Assembly (NCBI GenBank): GCA_963718615.1
Contig: OY970368.1
Coordinates: 3,840,001 to 3,904,000, forward strand
Source: an uncultured cyanobacterium
Lineage (GTDB): Bacteria; Cyanobacteriota; Cyanobacteriia; PCC-9006; JAAUQQ01
Direction of reading: 5' to 3'
DNA: 64,000 nucleotides
The notes beneath the pieces were generated by a model. The model was not told where the DNA came from. It was given only the letters and a program-made list of their open reading frames with translations, and searched no databases. Of this stretch, positions 25,381 to 39,594 are shown piece after piece (the first letter of the stretch is position 1; each line of letters opens with the position of its first letter). The translations under genes and the position numbers were made by a program.

Positions 25381-27093
25381 TTAGCTTGCCGAGGCATTTT
25401 GCGTTGCAGCAGCATAGTTGATTTCGTAGCCAATATCATCCAAAATCGCCAGGTCCAAAAGGGTCGGCAACTGGCGTCGCCCAGTGACACTCACCGGGTC
25501 CATCACCGTTTCCCCCGATCCCCCGAATTCGTAGCCATCGAGAATATGAGAGTGATCGTCCTCCAGCAGAATCGGTTGTCCACCATTCTGAGCTAACGCA
25601 TTGGGTCCCACAAAGCTATTGGAGACTAGATACTGAGCAAAGGCGTTGATCTGGTCGCTAAACCCTAAAATGTGACCCAGTTCATGAACTGCTGTCGACA
25701 AAAAGTCACTTTGATTAAAGGGAATATCGTTGCTCGTTGCCGGTGTCGTATCAAAGAACCAGTTCGCATCCCGATTAAATGTCAGCGATCCCAGCCAGGG
25801 TTCAAAATCATCCCCGACATAGCGCGTTTCATTGGAAAAGAATCCTGACGCCCCAGCAAAACCTAAGGTACCGCCGGTGCCTAGACTTTGGGTGCCCACA
25901 AAGACTAAGACATCGTCGATCGCCCGATCCGTCACATAAATATCGCTGGCTTGCCCTGGCGAGGTGAGATAGGTTTCGTCCGTCTCTGGATTGCGCACAA
26001 AGGGCGTGGCTGTTCCCGCAGGCACCTCTGCAAACTCATCCACAATAATTCGTTCCCAAACCCGTGCTGCGGCTTCTAACACTGCCTTGCGCTCCGGCGT
26101 GAACCAGCCTTGGGTGTCAAATCGATAGTCAAATTCAATATTAAAGGGCGAGTCACTATAGAATAGCGTTTCTGCCTGACGGGTCGCCCCCTGCATTTCC
26201 CAGAGGGCGCTTTGCCCAAAACTCTCGGTTTCCCAGATCAAATCCGCTCGCCCATCAGCGGTATAGTCGCCAATGCCGCAAAGCTTCCAATCGAGGTCGG
26301 GGATCACGTCGATCGCCAGCTCTTGGCTTCGCTGGGCTCCGGTCATCAGCCAAATCCTGGCCTGTCCAGTAGTCGTATCGCGCCAGAGCAAATCCCAGGA
26401 GCCATTGCCATCAAAATCCCCAGACCCGAGGAGCGATCGCCCCGTCATATCCACATTGGGCTCAATCATCGCGGTGCCCTGGCGGTTCGTTCCTGACAGG
26501 TACCAAATCAACCGCTCACCCGTTTGACGGTCGTACCAGAGCAGATCATCCCACTGACTGTCTTGGTCAAAATCTCCTACACCGCGAATTTCCCAATCTG
26601 TATCGGTAACGCTGGGGAGGGCGATCGCCTGTTGGGGTGAAGTCCCATTCATCAACCACACTAAATTCTGCCCCGTGCGCTGGTTACGCCACACCAAATC
26701 GGAACTGGCATCGCCGTTGAAATTGCCACTGGCCTGGAGCTGCCAGTTTGGATCCTGGATCAGCGGCGCTAGGGCCGGTTGCGCCAAGAGCTGCGCCTGA
26801 TCCATCAGCCAGATATTCGCCTTACCCGTGGTCGGATTGCGCACCACGACATCCGCTTTTCCGTCCTGGTTAAAATCCTGGGGCACATAGGCAGCCGTAT
26901 CCGCATGAACCGGCAGCGCGACCATGAGGCCATAGCCCTCTAGGCCATAGCTATCTAGAGCCGTGGGTCCACCGATCCCTAAGGCCGATCCCCCTACCTC
27001 TGCCCATACCTCTGCCGTTCCTGCACTTGATCCCATGTTTCTTGCCCACAAGTCCAATGGCGATAGGTAACATAGGCTACCGCGCATTACCAC
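25381..27093 (-). CDS. FG-GAP/VCBS repeat protein with C-terminal zinc metalloprotease domain
   Basis: five (G)DFNxDGxxDLxWR repeats; HELGHILGF zincin motif; LDLAILDDIGY; start uncertain. Confidence 0.85.
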   Translation of the reverse strand: MVMRGSLCYLSPLDLWARNMGSSAGTAEVWAEVGGSALGIGGPTALDSYGLEGYGLMVALPVHADTAAYVPQDFNQDGKADVVVRNPTTGKANIWLMDQAQLLAQPALAPLIQDPNWQLQASGNFNGDASSDLVWRNQRTGQNLVWLMNGTSPQQAIALPSVTDTDWEIRGVGDFDQDSQWDDLLWYDRQTGERLIWYLSGTNRQGTAMIEPNVDMTGRSLLGSGDFDGNGSWDLLWRDTTTGQARIWLMTGAQRSQELAIDVIPDLDWKLCGIGDYTADGRADLIWETESFGQSALWEMQGATRQAETLFYSDSPFNIEFDYRFDTQGWFTPERKAVLEAAARVWERIIVDEFAEVPAGTATPFVRNPETDETYLTSPGQASDIYVTDRAIDDVLVFVGTQSLGTGGTLGFAGASGFFSNETRYVGDDFEPWLGSLTFNRDANWFFDTTPATSNDIPFNQSDFLSTAVHELGHILGFSDQINAFAQYLVSNSFVGPNALAQNGGQPILLEDDHSHILDGYEFGGSGETVMDPVSVTGRRQLPTLLDLAILDDIGYEINYAAATQNASAS

Positions 27094-27207
27094 GGTAGAA
27101 GACAGATCCTCAAATCGGCTCAGGAAAAATCAGGATTTCGTCAGAAAAATCGGGGATCAATGCCAGACAATTCAGGGCAATTGCGAAGGACAATGGCAAA
27201 GTAGGGG

Positions 27208-27242
27208 CGATCGCAGGCCATCGCAGGCCATCGCAGGCCATT
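27208..27242. repeat. 10-bp tandem repeat derived from HIP1
   Basis: gcgatcgcag gccatcgcag gccatcgcag gccat. Confidence 0.75.
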
Positions 27243-27391
27243 GAAACCCCAACTTTGAGCCCCAGCCTAGTCAGCTTTTTAGCCAATTTCGACCGTTTTC
27301 AGGCACTTTTCCCCATCTATCTCCTTAGCTAGACCCGCAGTTTACATTTCGTAATGTTAAGATCGGGTTTGTAATCTGACCTTCCTCCCAA

Positions 27392-28147
27392 ATGGTGGCA
27401 ACTTTGTTAGGCGGTTTACCCTCCATTAATCAAGGCGGCGATCAGCTGGTCAGTAAAGCTGTCAGTGCGGCGATCGCAGCGCTTTTCAAACGAACCGACA
27501 AAATCGACGCGACGGTGCGGGCAGAGCCTGTGTCTAAGCTTCTCCAGGGAAGTATCGATGGATTTGATTTTGTCGGGAAAGGCTTGCTGATGTACAACGG
27601 GCTTCGCATCGAAGCCATGGAACTGTACGTCGAGGCCGTGGCGATCGACTTTGGCGCAATTTTGAGCGGTCGCATTAAGCTGCGGCGTCCCACGGAAGCT
27701 CGGCTACGGGTTTTGCTCACGGAGACGGACCTCACGACTTCGTTCAATACGCCGTTCGTCGTTCAAAAGCTTCAGAAACTGGAAATTGAAGGCCAAAGTC
27801 TGCAATTGCGGCAAACCACGATGAACGTCCAAGATGACCGGACGCTGCAAATCAATTCCACGATTCAAGTGGGGGAGGAGGAGCCGGTAGCGCTGGATAT
27901 CAATGCCAAAGTTGCCGTTGAGGAACGACGGCGCATTCAGTTCACAGAGGTCAAGTACGGGGGCTGCGAGAAAGCGATCGCCCTAGGTCAAGCCCTAGTG
28001 GGCCATGTCAACCATTTGATGGATCTGGATAAATTTGCGCTGGATGGGACGCAGCTCCGCATTGACCAGGTGCGGGTCCGGGACAATCAGCTGACGTTTT
28101 ATGGCACCGCGCAAATTGATCGGTTTCCTGAGCGTAAAGCCGCTTAA
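27392..28147 (+). CDS. DUF2993/LmeA-like protein
   Basis: KLLQGSIDGF, AIDFGAILSGRIKLRRP, VLLTETDLTTSFN pattern of cyanobacterial DUF2993. Confidence 0.75.
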   Translation: MVATLLGGLPSINQGGDQLVSKAVSAAIAALFKRTDKIDATVRAEPVSKLLQGSIDGFDFVGKGLLMYNGLRIEAMELYVEAVAIDFGAILSGRIKLRRPTEARLRVLLTETDLTTSFNTPFVVQKLQKLEIEGQSLQLRQTTMNVQDDRTLQINSTIQVGEEEPVALDINAKVAVEERRRIQFTEVKYGGCEKAIALGQALVGHVNHLMDLDKFALDGTQLRIDQVRVRDNQLTFYGTAQIDRFPERKAA

Positions 28148-28197
28148 ATCGCTTAAATATAATCCACAGCCACGATATACAGCTAAGCACTAACACA

Positions 28198-29877
28198 CTA
28201 GTTGGGTGCAAATTCCCGGACTAAGCTCAAGGGCACTGCGGGCTGACTCAGATACTGGGCATAGGCTGCGTTCAGGTAGTCTTTGTACTGAGCTTGCTCT
28301 GCCCCATAGGCTTTGACAAAGGCCACACTCAGCGCCGCCAGGTAACGCTGGGTCAGCTTGGGATCAGGCCCCGCTAACCCCGAAGGAATGGGTAGAGCCT
28401 TCTCGTTGGGTCCGGGTTCTGCCAGAGTGGAAAAATGGGTGGCGTTGCGCATTAAGACGAGATAGCGATCGCGCACCATCAACCAAGTAAAGGGCCGCAG
28501 TTGCTCTTCGGAGGGCGGCACAACAAAATCTGCACTGCCTGATACAATCATCGTTGGCACCTTGACTTTTGCCAGTCCCGCCTGATTAAACACCTTGCTC
28601 GTCAGTGGATTGACCGCCAAAACAGCCTTAATGCGGGGATCGGCCAAGGGCACCGAAGCCGAACGCAGTTCGCCCACCTGACATTGCAGCAAGAGAGAAA
28701 GATTCAAAAAGGAGCGCGGTTCTCCATTGATGCAGGCTTGGTTGAGGGCTGAAAAATTCAGCTCGGCCCCCCCCAACGCCAAGGCCGTATAGCCCCCAAA
28801 GGATTGACCGATAACGGTGACGTGATCGAGGTTAATTTTTCCCTTAAAGTGAGGATCCGTCGGCTCGAGCTGCGTCAGCCGGTTCAAGATAAACTGAGCA
28901 TCCAGCGGGCGATCGAGCGCTTCTCGGGGTTCCGGTGGGCCTGCAACTCCATCAAAAAACTGTTGAAACTTAACATTATTACTCCCCACATGTTCTGGCA
29001 CCGCCACCGCAATGCCATGGGACACCAAATGTTTGGCCAAATAGGCGAGGGTGTGGCGATTCGAGGCAATTCCGTGGGAAATCAAGACCAAGGGCGCAGG
29101 CGTGGAGCCCTCTGGAATATAAAAATCTACCGGGATCGGGCGATCGCGCGATTCATCCTGCCAATCCACCTCATAGCTCTGCCACTGGCTCGATCCGGGC
29201 AACTGCAGATTTTCCAACGCCTGAAAATTGGGAGCGGCAACCTGGGTCGCTTCCCGCTGGGCTTCGGCCTCAACGGCCAGCGCGAGGCGATCGCCCTCCG
29301 CAAACAGCGCCTCCACTTCCTGGGCAATCCCCATCCCGGCATTGACATCCACCTGCACTTCCCGCGTCGGAAACTTTCGCAGCAGGTTGAGCAAGGTCAG
29401 TCCTTCGGGAGAAGCCGCCGCCTGCACAACCGTTGCCCGCAGGGCTGTCGCACCATTTTCGCTCCCGCTGCTTTTAATCACCCCCCCCAAACGGCGCAAC
29501 ATCACCGCACCGGTTTTAGAGTAAGCCAACTGAGACACGAGTGTTGGACTCATTTCGACCCTTTGCTGCAAGGCCTCTCGTAAACTATCCAACTGTTCCG
29601 CCGAGACCAACCCCCCATAGCGAGACAACTCGCCCTGCAACTTGCCGGTTTTGGCATAGTTTTCTAGCTCTTGAACCGGCACCGCAAACTTGATGGGACC
29701 GTAAACAATGGTCATAACCTCAGCACTAAGAGCCGGAATGGCCGCAAACATAGACAGCAGACCAATCCCCCAGGGGAAGGGCGATCGCCACCCTTGCCAC
29801 AGTCGAGGAGAAATCTTCAAGAACGCTTTCACGGGTCGCTGAACCGACCCAAGACGAGACGAATCCGAAACAACCAT
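28198..29877 (-). CDS. alpha/beta hydrolase with N-terminal DUF1400
   Basis: LVLISHG, PEHVGS, GQSFGGYT nucleophile elbow, DPRIKAV, ATHFS. Confidence 0.88.
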   Translation of the reverse strand: MVVSDSSRLGSVQRPVKAFLKISPRLWQGWRSPFPWGIGLLSMFAAIPALSAEVMTIVYGPIKFAVPVQELENYAKTGKLQGELSRYGGLVSAEQLDSLREALQQRVEMSPTLVSQLAYSKTGAVMLRRLGGVIKSSGSENGATALRATVVQAAASPEGLTLLNLLRKFPTREVQVDVNAGMGIAQEVEALFAEGDRLALAVEAEAQREATQVAAPNFQALENLQLPGSSQWQSYEVDWQDESRDRPIPVDFYIPEGSTPAPLVLISHGIASNRHTLAYLAKHLVSHGIAVAVPEHVGSNNVKFQQFFDGVAGPPEPREALDRPLDAQFILNRLTQLEPTDPHFKGKINLDHVTVIGQSFGGYTALALGGAELNFSALNQACINGEPRSFLNLSLLLQCQVGELRSASVPLADPRIKAVLAVNPLTSKVFNQAGLAKVKVPTMIVSGSADFVVPPSEEQLRPFTWLMVRDRYLVLMRNATHFSTLAEPGPNEKALPIPSGLAGPDPKLTQRYLAALSVAFVKAYGAEQAQYKDYLNAAYAQYLSQPAVPLSLVREFAPN

Positions 29878-30093
29878 GATGGCTTTTAGACTAATCGGTT
29901 AGCACTATCTCCACTTTTCCCAGTTTATGGGGTGACTCCAGCTTCAGGGGGACTTTTCTGGGATATGAGTTCATATACCCTGAGTATCAAGGCCACAGAA
30001 TATTAAGGCCACAGACGCTTTTGCTGATTCTTTTTTCAATGTCTGGTCCTAAACTTCCGGAGACCCTGGACAGGACGAACGGAAAAGCAGAAG

Positions 30094-31431
30094 ATGCGCA
30101 CCATCCCTAGAGAGCCTGCCCGAGACACTATGAATAATTCCCCTAAGGCTGCATCCTCAAGGCGGCGATCGCGGCTATATGGGTTTCCTGCTTTAAGTCT
30201 TCCCGTTTGGATCCTCACAATTGGTCGTCTACTCTCCCAAATTGGCACCGGCTTCACACTATTTTCAGCACCCATCTTCTTTTCCCAAGATCTTGGGTTG
30301 TCCAGCGGTCTAATTGGCCTCGGACTTGGACTCGGATCACTCATGGGGGTCGCAGGACGGATCTTCAGCGGAACCCTGGCCGATCGTCCTCGAATTGGGC
30401 GCAAACCCATTTTGCTGGCATCCGCAGGGATTTCTGCCTTGGCCGATCTGTGTTTTGCGACGGCCCAGGGTTGGTCCCTCTTTTTAATGGGCAATTTACT
30501 GATGGGATTTGGCATTGGACTGTATTGGCCCGCCATGGAAGCAGCCGTTGCCGATTTAACCACTGAGGGCGATCGCAACGAAGCCTTTGCCCTTAGCCGC
30601 CTCGGCGACAATCTCGGTCTCGGGTTGGGGGTCATCTGCGGTGGCTGGCTGATGGTGAGCAAAATTCCCTATGCTTGGCTTTTCTGGGCCGATGGGGTTT
30701 CCTTTATCGTCTTTGCGGGCTTAGTTTCCGGTTTTGTGCGAGAGACCGTTGCAGAAAAAACTGATCTTGTTTTCCAATCTCAACGGCAGGGTTGGAAACA
30801 GGCCTTGGGCGATCGCACTCTGCAACAATTCATCTTTATTAACATTCTTTTTACGCTGTATCTCTCCCAAGTCCAAAGCACGCTTCCTCTCTTTCTAAGT
30901 CAAACGTTTATCAAGATCCAAGGTTCCTTATCCAGTGCTTTTCTCAGCAGTCTATTTACGATTTATGTATTTCTAACTGCTGTTTTACAGCTCCCTGTTG
31001 CTCGTTTCTTTAGACGACGAGGTCATCTTTCCATGCTAAAAGTCTCGATTTTCTGTTGGGGTTTAGGCTTTCTTTCTCTAGCGGCTCTAGGCCTCTTTTC
31101 TAGTGGTATTAATCCAGGCTTTATCAAATTCTGGAGTTTTTTAAGCCTATTGTTTCTTTCCCTTGGAACCGTCTGCTATCTACCAGCAGCATCAGCTTTT
31201 GTCGCCGCCCTAGCCCCAGCACATTTACGCGGCATTTATCTCTCTATTAACTCTCAATGCTGGGCGATCGGCTACTTTTTAGGACCTCCTTTAGGAGGTT
31301 GGGCCTTAGACACATTTCAAACTCAAAGTTTTATTCTTTGGTTCAGTATTGCCCTTTCTACACCCTGGGGTTGGCTCAAAATTCAACAGCTTCAGCAACA
31401 GCAACAGCTACAGTCACAACAAAATCACTAA
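30094..31431 (+). CDS. MFS transporter
   Basis: GTLADRPRIGRK motif A, about 12 TM helices, GPPLGG; start may be 30130. Confidence 0.9.
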   Translation: MRTIPREPARDTMNNSPKAASSRRRSRLYGFPALSLPVWILTIGRLLSQIGTGFTLFSAPIFFSQDLGLSSGLIGLGLGLGSLMGVAGRIFSGTLADRPRIGRKPILLASAGISALADLCFATAQGWSLFLMGNLLMGFGIGLYWPAMEAAVADLTTEGDRNEAFALSRLGDNLGLGLGVICGGWLMVSKIPYAWLFWADGVSFIVFAGLVSGFVRETVAEKTDLVFQSQRQGWKQALGDRTLQQFIFINILFTLYLSQVQSTLPLFLSQTFIKIQGSLSSAFLSSLFTIYVFLTAVLQLPVARFFRRRGHLSMLKVSIFCWGLGFLSLAALGLFSSGINPGFIKFWSFLSLLFLSLGTVCYLPAASAFVAALAPAHLRGIYLSINSQCWAIGYFLGPPLGGWALDTFQTQSFILWFSIALSTPWGWLKIQQLQQQQQLQSQQNH

Positions 31432-31476
31432 CAGGCGCTTAAGTATCCCAATCAATGTCAATACAAGCTTCAAAAC

Positions 31477-32001
31477 TTACCAACAGGATTTGCCATTATC
31501 AAGCGTACGATGGTTCTCTCCCGTTCTTAATGCACCCAAAAGCGTAGAAACAATCACGCAACGCTTAGTAGAACCACCATTCGGCATAGAAAATGTTAAT
31601 CGTCCTAGCTGACCATTCACTTGCCCCAAATGATTGAACTGAATTCTCCGAATTTCACCGGATTTTGATAGCGTAGTTTCCGCATCTAGTTGCACACCCA
31701 ATGGAAAATTTTTCCAGACACCGTCCGACGGCAACATTCCAGCCGGATGCGTTGCCCACTGTACCCAACCCTCTTTCACTCGAAAACTCGCCTGCCATTT
31801 ACGTCGATGCTGGATTGCCTTTGCCTGGGCCTCCCTCATAACATCTAAAGCTTCGGAACGAGCAGTATTGAGCGTTTGAGTTCGTTGAAAAGCGATAAAA
31901 CTGGGGGAGGCGATCGCCATCAAAAGCCCCGAAATGACAAGTGAAACCAACATTTCACTAAGAGTGAAACCCCTGTCATCAAAATTATTCTGTCTAGCCA
32001 T
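31477..32001 (-). CDS. type IV pilin-like (FimT/GspH-type) prepilin
   Basis: RG|FTLSEMLVSLVI prepilin cleavage motif; C-terminal Cys pair (KRCV...KSC). Confidence 0.87.
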   Translation of the reverse strand: MARQNNFDDRGFTLSEMLVSLVISGLLMAIASPSFIAFQRTQTLNTARSEALDVMREAQAKAIQHRRKWQASFRVKEGWVQWATHPAGMLPSDGVWKNFPLGVQLDAETTLSKSGEIRRIQFNHLGQVNGQLGRLTFSMPNGGSTKRCVIVSTLLGALRTGENHRTLDNGKSCW

Positions 32002-32194
32002 CTTACCTTCCTCCAAAGAGACTCATAATTTTCTTTACAAGTCAATCAAAGTTAGGCAGGATGGAGAAATACTGAACTTTTGTTTCTGAGAAAACAAAAA
32101 GAACTTTAAGACTAAAAAAATTACGGATGACGCTGAGCAAATCAGCGAATACTCCCCACAAGTTCTATTAGCAGCTTTACAATACGAAAAAGCA

Positions 32195-32229
32195 AAAGAC
32201 CCCAGAAGTTAGTATTCCGAGGTCTTTTG
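32195..32229 (-). terminator. rho-independent terminator after 5S rRNA
   Basis: AAAAGACC...GGTCTTTT hairpin followed by a T-rich tail on the minus strand. Confidence 0.7.
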
Positions 32230-32239
32230 CGTAGTATTG

Positions 32240-32357
32240 CCCTGGCATCGAGCTAGATTCACAAGCAGTCACCCGCTCACTATTTTCGCCGCAGATGTGT
32301 TTCACAACCGAGTTCGGGATGGGTCGGAGTGGTTCCACATCGCCATTGACACCAGGA
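32240..32357 (-). rRNA. rrf: 5S rRNA
   Basis: minus strand TCCTGGTG...CCCATCCCGAACTCGGTTGTGAAAC...GCCAGGG. Confidence 0.95.
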
Positions 32358-32471
32358 ATGCTGTTGGGTCTGTTGGCCAGAACCCAGAAGGCTGCATAGA
32401 GAATCTTTAACGAAATGAATGGGCATGCGGTTCTTAACATCACCACATCTTCAACACCCTCTCCACTGATT

Positions 32472-35354
<2,883 letters not shown>

Positions 35355-35770
35355 TCTTCTCAATCACTCCCTTTCACTACTCACATGCTTCACTCTCATC
35401 TACACAACCAACTTCCCTAAATATTCTCTAGAAAAATCTGTTGCTCAACTCAAATCCACACATCTCATAGCTTCCAGTCATCATTGACTTCAGTCTCTTG
35501 GTGTCTGTGTATCTCTCATCCTCGCTTCTTCTTCTTCTCTGGTCTCGCTCTTACACTCAACCTCTGATGAATTAGCAACGCTAAATGAGTTCGATACTAC
35601 CCATTCATCTCTTTCTCTATGCAGTTTTCTAGGTTCTTTCACTGGACTAATTGCCCAGCATCCTCATTGCTACCTTTCACTTCATGCTCAACACAAACTA
35701 TACATACAATAGCCTGTTGCTCATCAAACTACTCTTCGCAATCTAGGTGCTAAACTCTAATCCCTCTCAG

Positions 35771-35843
35771 TGGAGGTTAGCGGACTTGAACCGCTGACAT
35801 CCTGCTTGCAAAGCAGGCGCTCTACCAACTGAGCTAAACCCCC
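35771..35843 (-). tRNA. tRNA-Ala(TGC)
   Basis: GGGGGTTTAGCTCAG...CCTGCTTTGCAAGCAGG...GTTCAAGT in the 16S-23S spacer. Confidence 0.96.
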
Positions 35844-35861
35844 AAACACCTTTGGAGAAGG

Positions 35862-35935
<74 letters not shown>

Positions 35936-36175
35936 TTAACTCTTATCTATACAACTATCACTCACTACCTTGATCTCTCAATTAGCTCATGACTCATCTC
36001 TAGATAAAATCAGTCCCTAAACAGATCTGAAAGCTTTACTCGCCCCACTCATCACTCATCCTATCTCTCAATACAATGAACTCTGAATGGCCGAAATCCT
36101 CGAACGACCTTAGAGTGACCTCTCACAACTCGGCAATACTATTGCGCCGATGTCATAAGGGCTAGGTCTCCCTTA

Positions 36176-37663
<1,488 letters not shown>

Positions 37664-37934
37664 GTAAACTTAAGTCCCGTGAACACAGTCTCTCAACTAC
37701 ATCCACTCAACTCAGCTCGAAAAGCTCAGCAAACCCTATTCGCTAAAATAGAACTCACCTTCTCAATCCGGCACCAGATATTCTCTATCCGGTCCTTGTC
37801 CCAAAACTCTGACATTAATTGCCAAAGCTCTTCTTTTTCTTGACGAGGACTTCTGGCTTATAAAGCTCTCAATCTATTTCTCTGTCTAGGTTCTGGCACT
37901 TTCCGGTGAGCTCCGCTCCCCTCAGCGCTTTACT

Positions 37935-37964
37935 AAGGTAACTCGTTCCTTTTCAATCTGTCAA
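37935..37964 (-). promoter_or_regulatory. rRNA operon promoter
   Basis: minus strand TTGACA-N18-TACCTT with an A-rich upstream element. Confidence 0.65.
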
Positions 37965-38108
37965 TACTTTTCTCAAAAAAACTTTTACCTCACGGTTTGC
38001 CTGCATTTTGCGGATGGAGTTGTTCTGTGAGGTAGCCTGTTTTGAGGAATAGGACATTAGGGATGCTCGAAATGCTCGGGTATCAAAGCAATTCTGGAGA
38101 GACCTAGC

Positions 38109-38996
38109 GTGAACTTTCAGTCTGTTATTGCCACCCTGAACCAATTTTGGTCGGAGCGAGGCTGTTTGATTGCCCAGCCCTACGACACCGAAAAGGGGGC
38201 TGGGACAAAGAGTCCCCATACGTTTTTGCGAGCGATCGGCCCAGAGCCTTGGTCAGTGGCTTACGTAGAACCCTGCCGCCGACCTGCAGATGGTCGCTAT
38301 GGGGAGAATCCAAATAGAGGACAGCACTACTACCAATACCAGGTACTGATCAAGCCTTCACCAGACAATATTCAGGAAATCTATCTGGATTCATTGCGTG
38401 CCCTCGGTATCCATCCCGAAGATCATGACATTCGGTTTGTGGAAGACAATTGGGAAGATGCAGCGGTGGGGGCCTGGGGAGTGGGCTGGGAAGTCTGGCT
38501 GGACGGGATGGAGGTAACGCAGTTTACCTATTTCCAGCAATGTGGCGGTTTGGACTGCAATCCGGTGTCCATCGAAATCACCTACGGTTTAGAGCGACTG
38601 GCGATTTATTTGCAGGGGGTTAATTCCATTTTTGATTTGCAGTGGAATGACAGCTTGACCTACGGTGATATCTTTCTACAGAGCGAAATCGAGAACTCAA
38701 CCTACAACTTTGAGGCTTCAAATCCAGAACTGTTGTTTACGCTGTTCCAGCTTTACGAACAGGAGGCCAAGCAGCTTATGGAGCGCAAGCTGGTGATCCC
38801 GGCCTATGAACAGGTATTGAAGTGCTCTCATACGTTTAATTTGCTGGAGGCGCGGGGGGTTATTTCGGTAACGGAGCGGACTCGCTATATCGGTCGGGTG
38901 CGAGGTTTGGCGCGGCAGGTGGCTCAGCTTCAGTTGGAGCAGCGGGAGGCTTTGGGATTTCCGCTACTCAAGCAGAATGCGGAAGCTATGGCTTAG
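38109..38996 (+). CDS. glyQ: glycine--tRNA ligase alpha subunit
   Basis: [54 protein letters not shown]. Confidence 0.98.
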   Translation: MNFQSVIATLNQFWSERGCLIAQPYDTEKGAGTKSPHTFLRAIGPEPWSVAYVEPCRRPADGRYGENPNRGQHYYQYQVLIKPSPDNIQEIYLDSLRALGIHPEDHDIRFVEDNWEDAAVGAWGVGWEVWLDGMEVTQFTYFQQCGGLDCNPVSIEITYGLERLAIYLQGVNSIFDLQWNDSLTYGDIFLQSEIENSTYNFEASNPELLFTLFQLYEQEAKQLMERKLVIPAYEQVLKCSHTFNLLEARGVISVTERTRYIGRVRGLARQVAQLQLEQREALGFPLLKQNAEAMA

Positions 38997-39098
38997 TCGC
39001 TGTTTTTAGACTGGCCCTCCGCTCCGGATTTACCCCAAAACCCAGAGAATTCAGCTTTAGAATGCTAAGCGGATGAAGACGCACGCTTGGAGTAGATC

Positions 39099-39587
39099 AT
39101 GAACATAAATGGAACCATCAGTGAGGTCCTGGAACCCTTGGGGGCCTGGTTTCGCGGTTTAGGCATTCCCGAACCCATTACCCACTGGGGTCATCCCGCG
39201 ATGATGGGCATTGTCGTCTTTGTCCTGGGAACCTATACGGCCTATGCGGGCTGGAAGGGTAGAACAGCGACAGAGACAGAAGAGGCCACAAACAATAAAG
39301 CAGAGCACAAGAAGCTGGCACCGTTGTTCTATCTATTTATTGCGTTGGGCTATACGGGGGGCGTGCTGTCCCTGGTGATGCAAAAGCAGCCGATTTTTGA
39401 GAGTCCTCATTTTTGGACTGGTTCAATTGTCCTTGGGCTGCTGGCGCTCAATGGTTTGATTTCCGCAACGAAATTTGGGGGAGGACAATCTCAGCTCCGG
39501 ACCGTTCATGCTTATCTGGGTAGCGTGGCGCTGGTTCTACTATTTGTCCATGCCTTTTTGGGGCTGCAATTGGGTCTGAGGATCTAG
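39099..39587 (+). CDS. DUF4079 family membrane protein
   Basis: HWGHPAMM, ESPHFWTG, RTVHAYLG; four TM helices with conserved His. Confidence 0.8.
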   Translation: MNINGTISEVLEPLGAWFRGLGIPEPITHWGHPAMMGIVVFVLGTYTAYAGWKGRTATETEEATNNKAEHKKLAPLFYLFIALGYTGGVLSLVMQKQPIFESPHFWTGSIVLGLLALNGLISATKFGGGQSQLRTVHAYLGSVALVLLFVHAFLGLQLGLRI

Positions 39588-39594
39588 GTTTGCC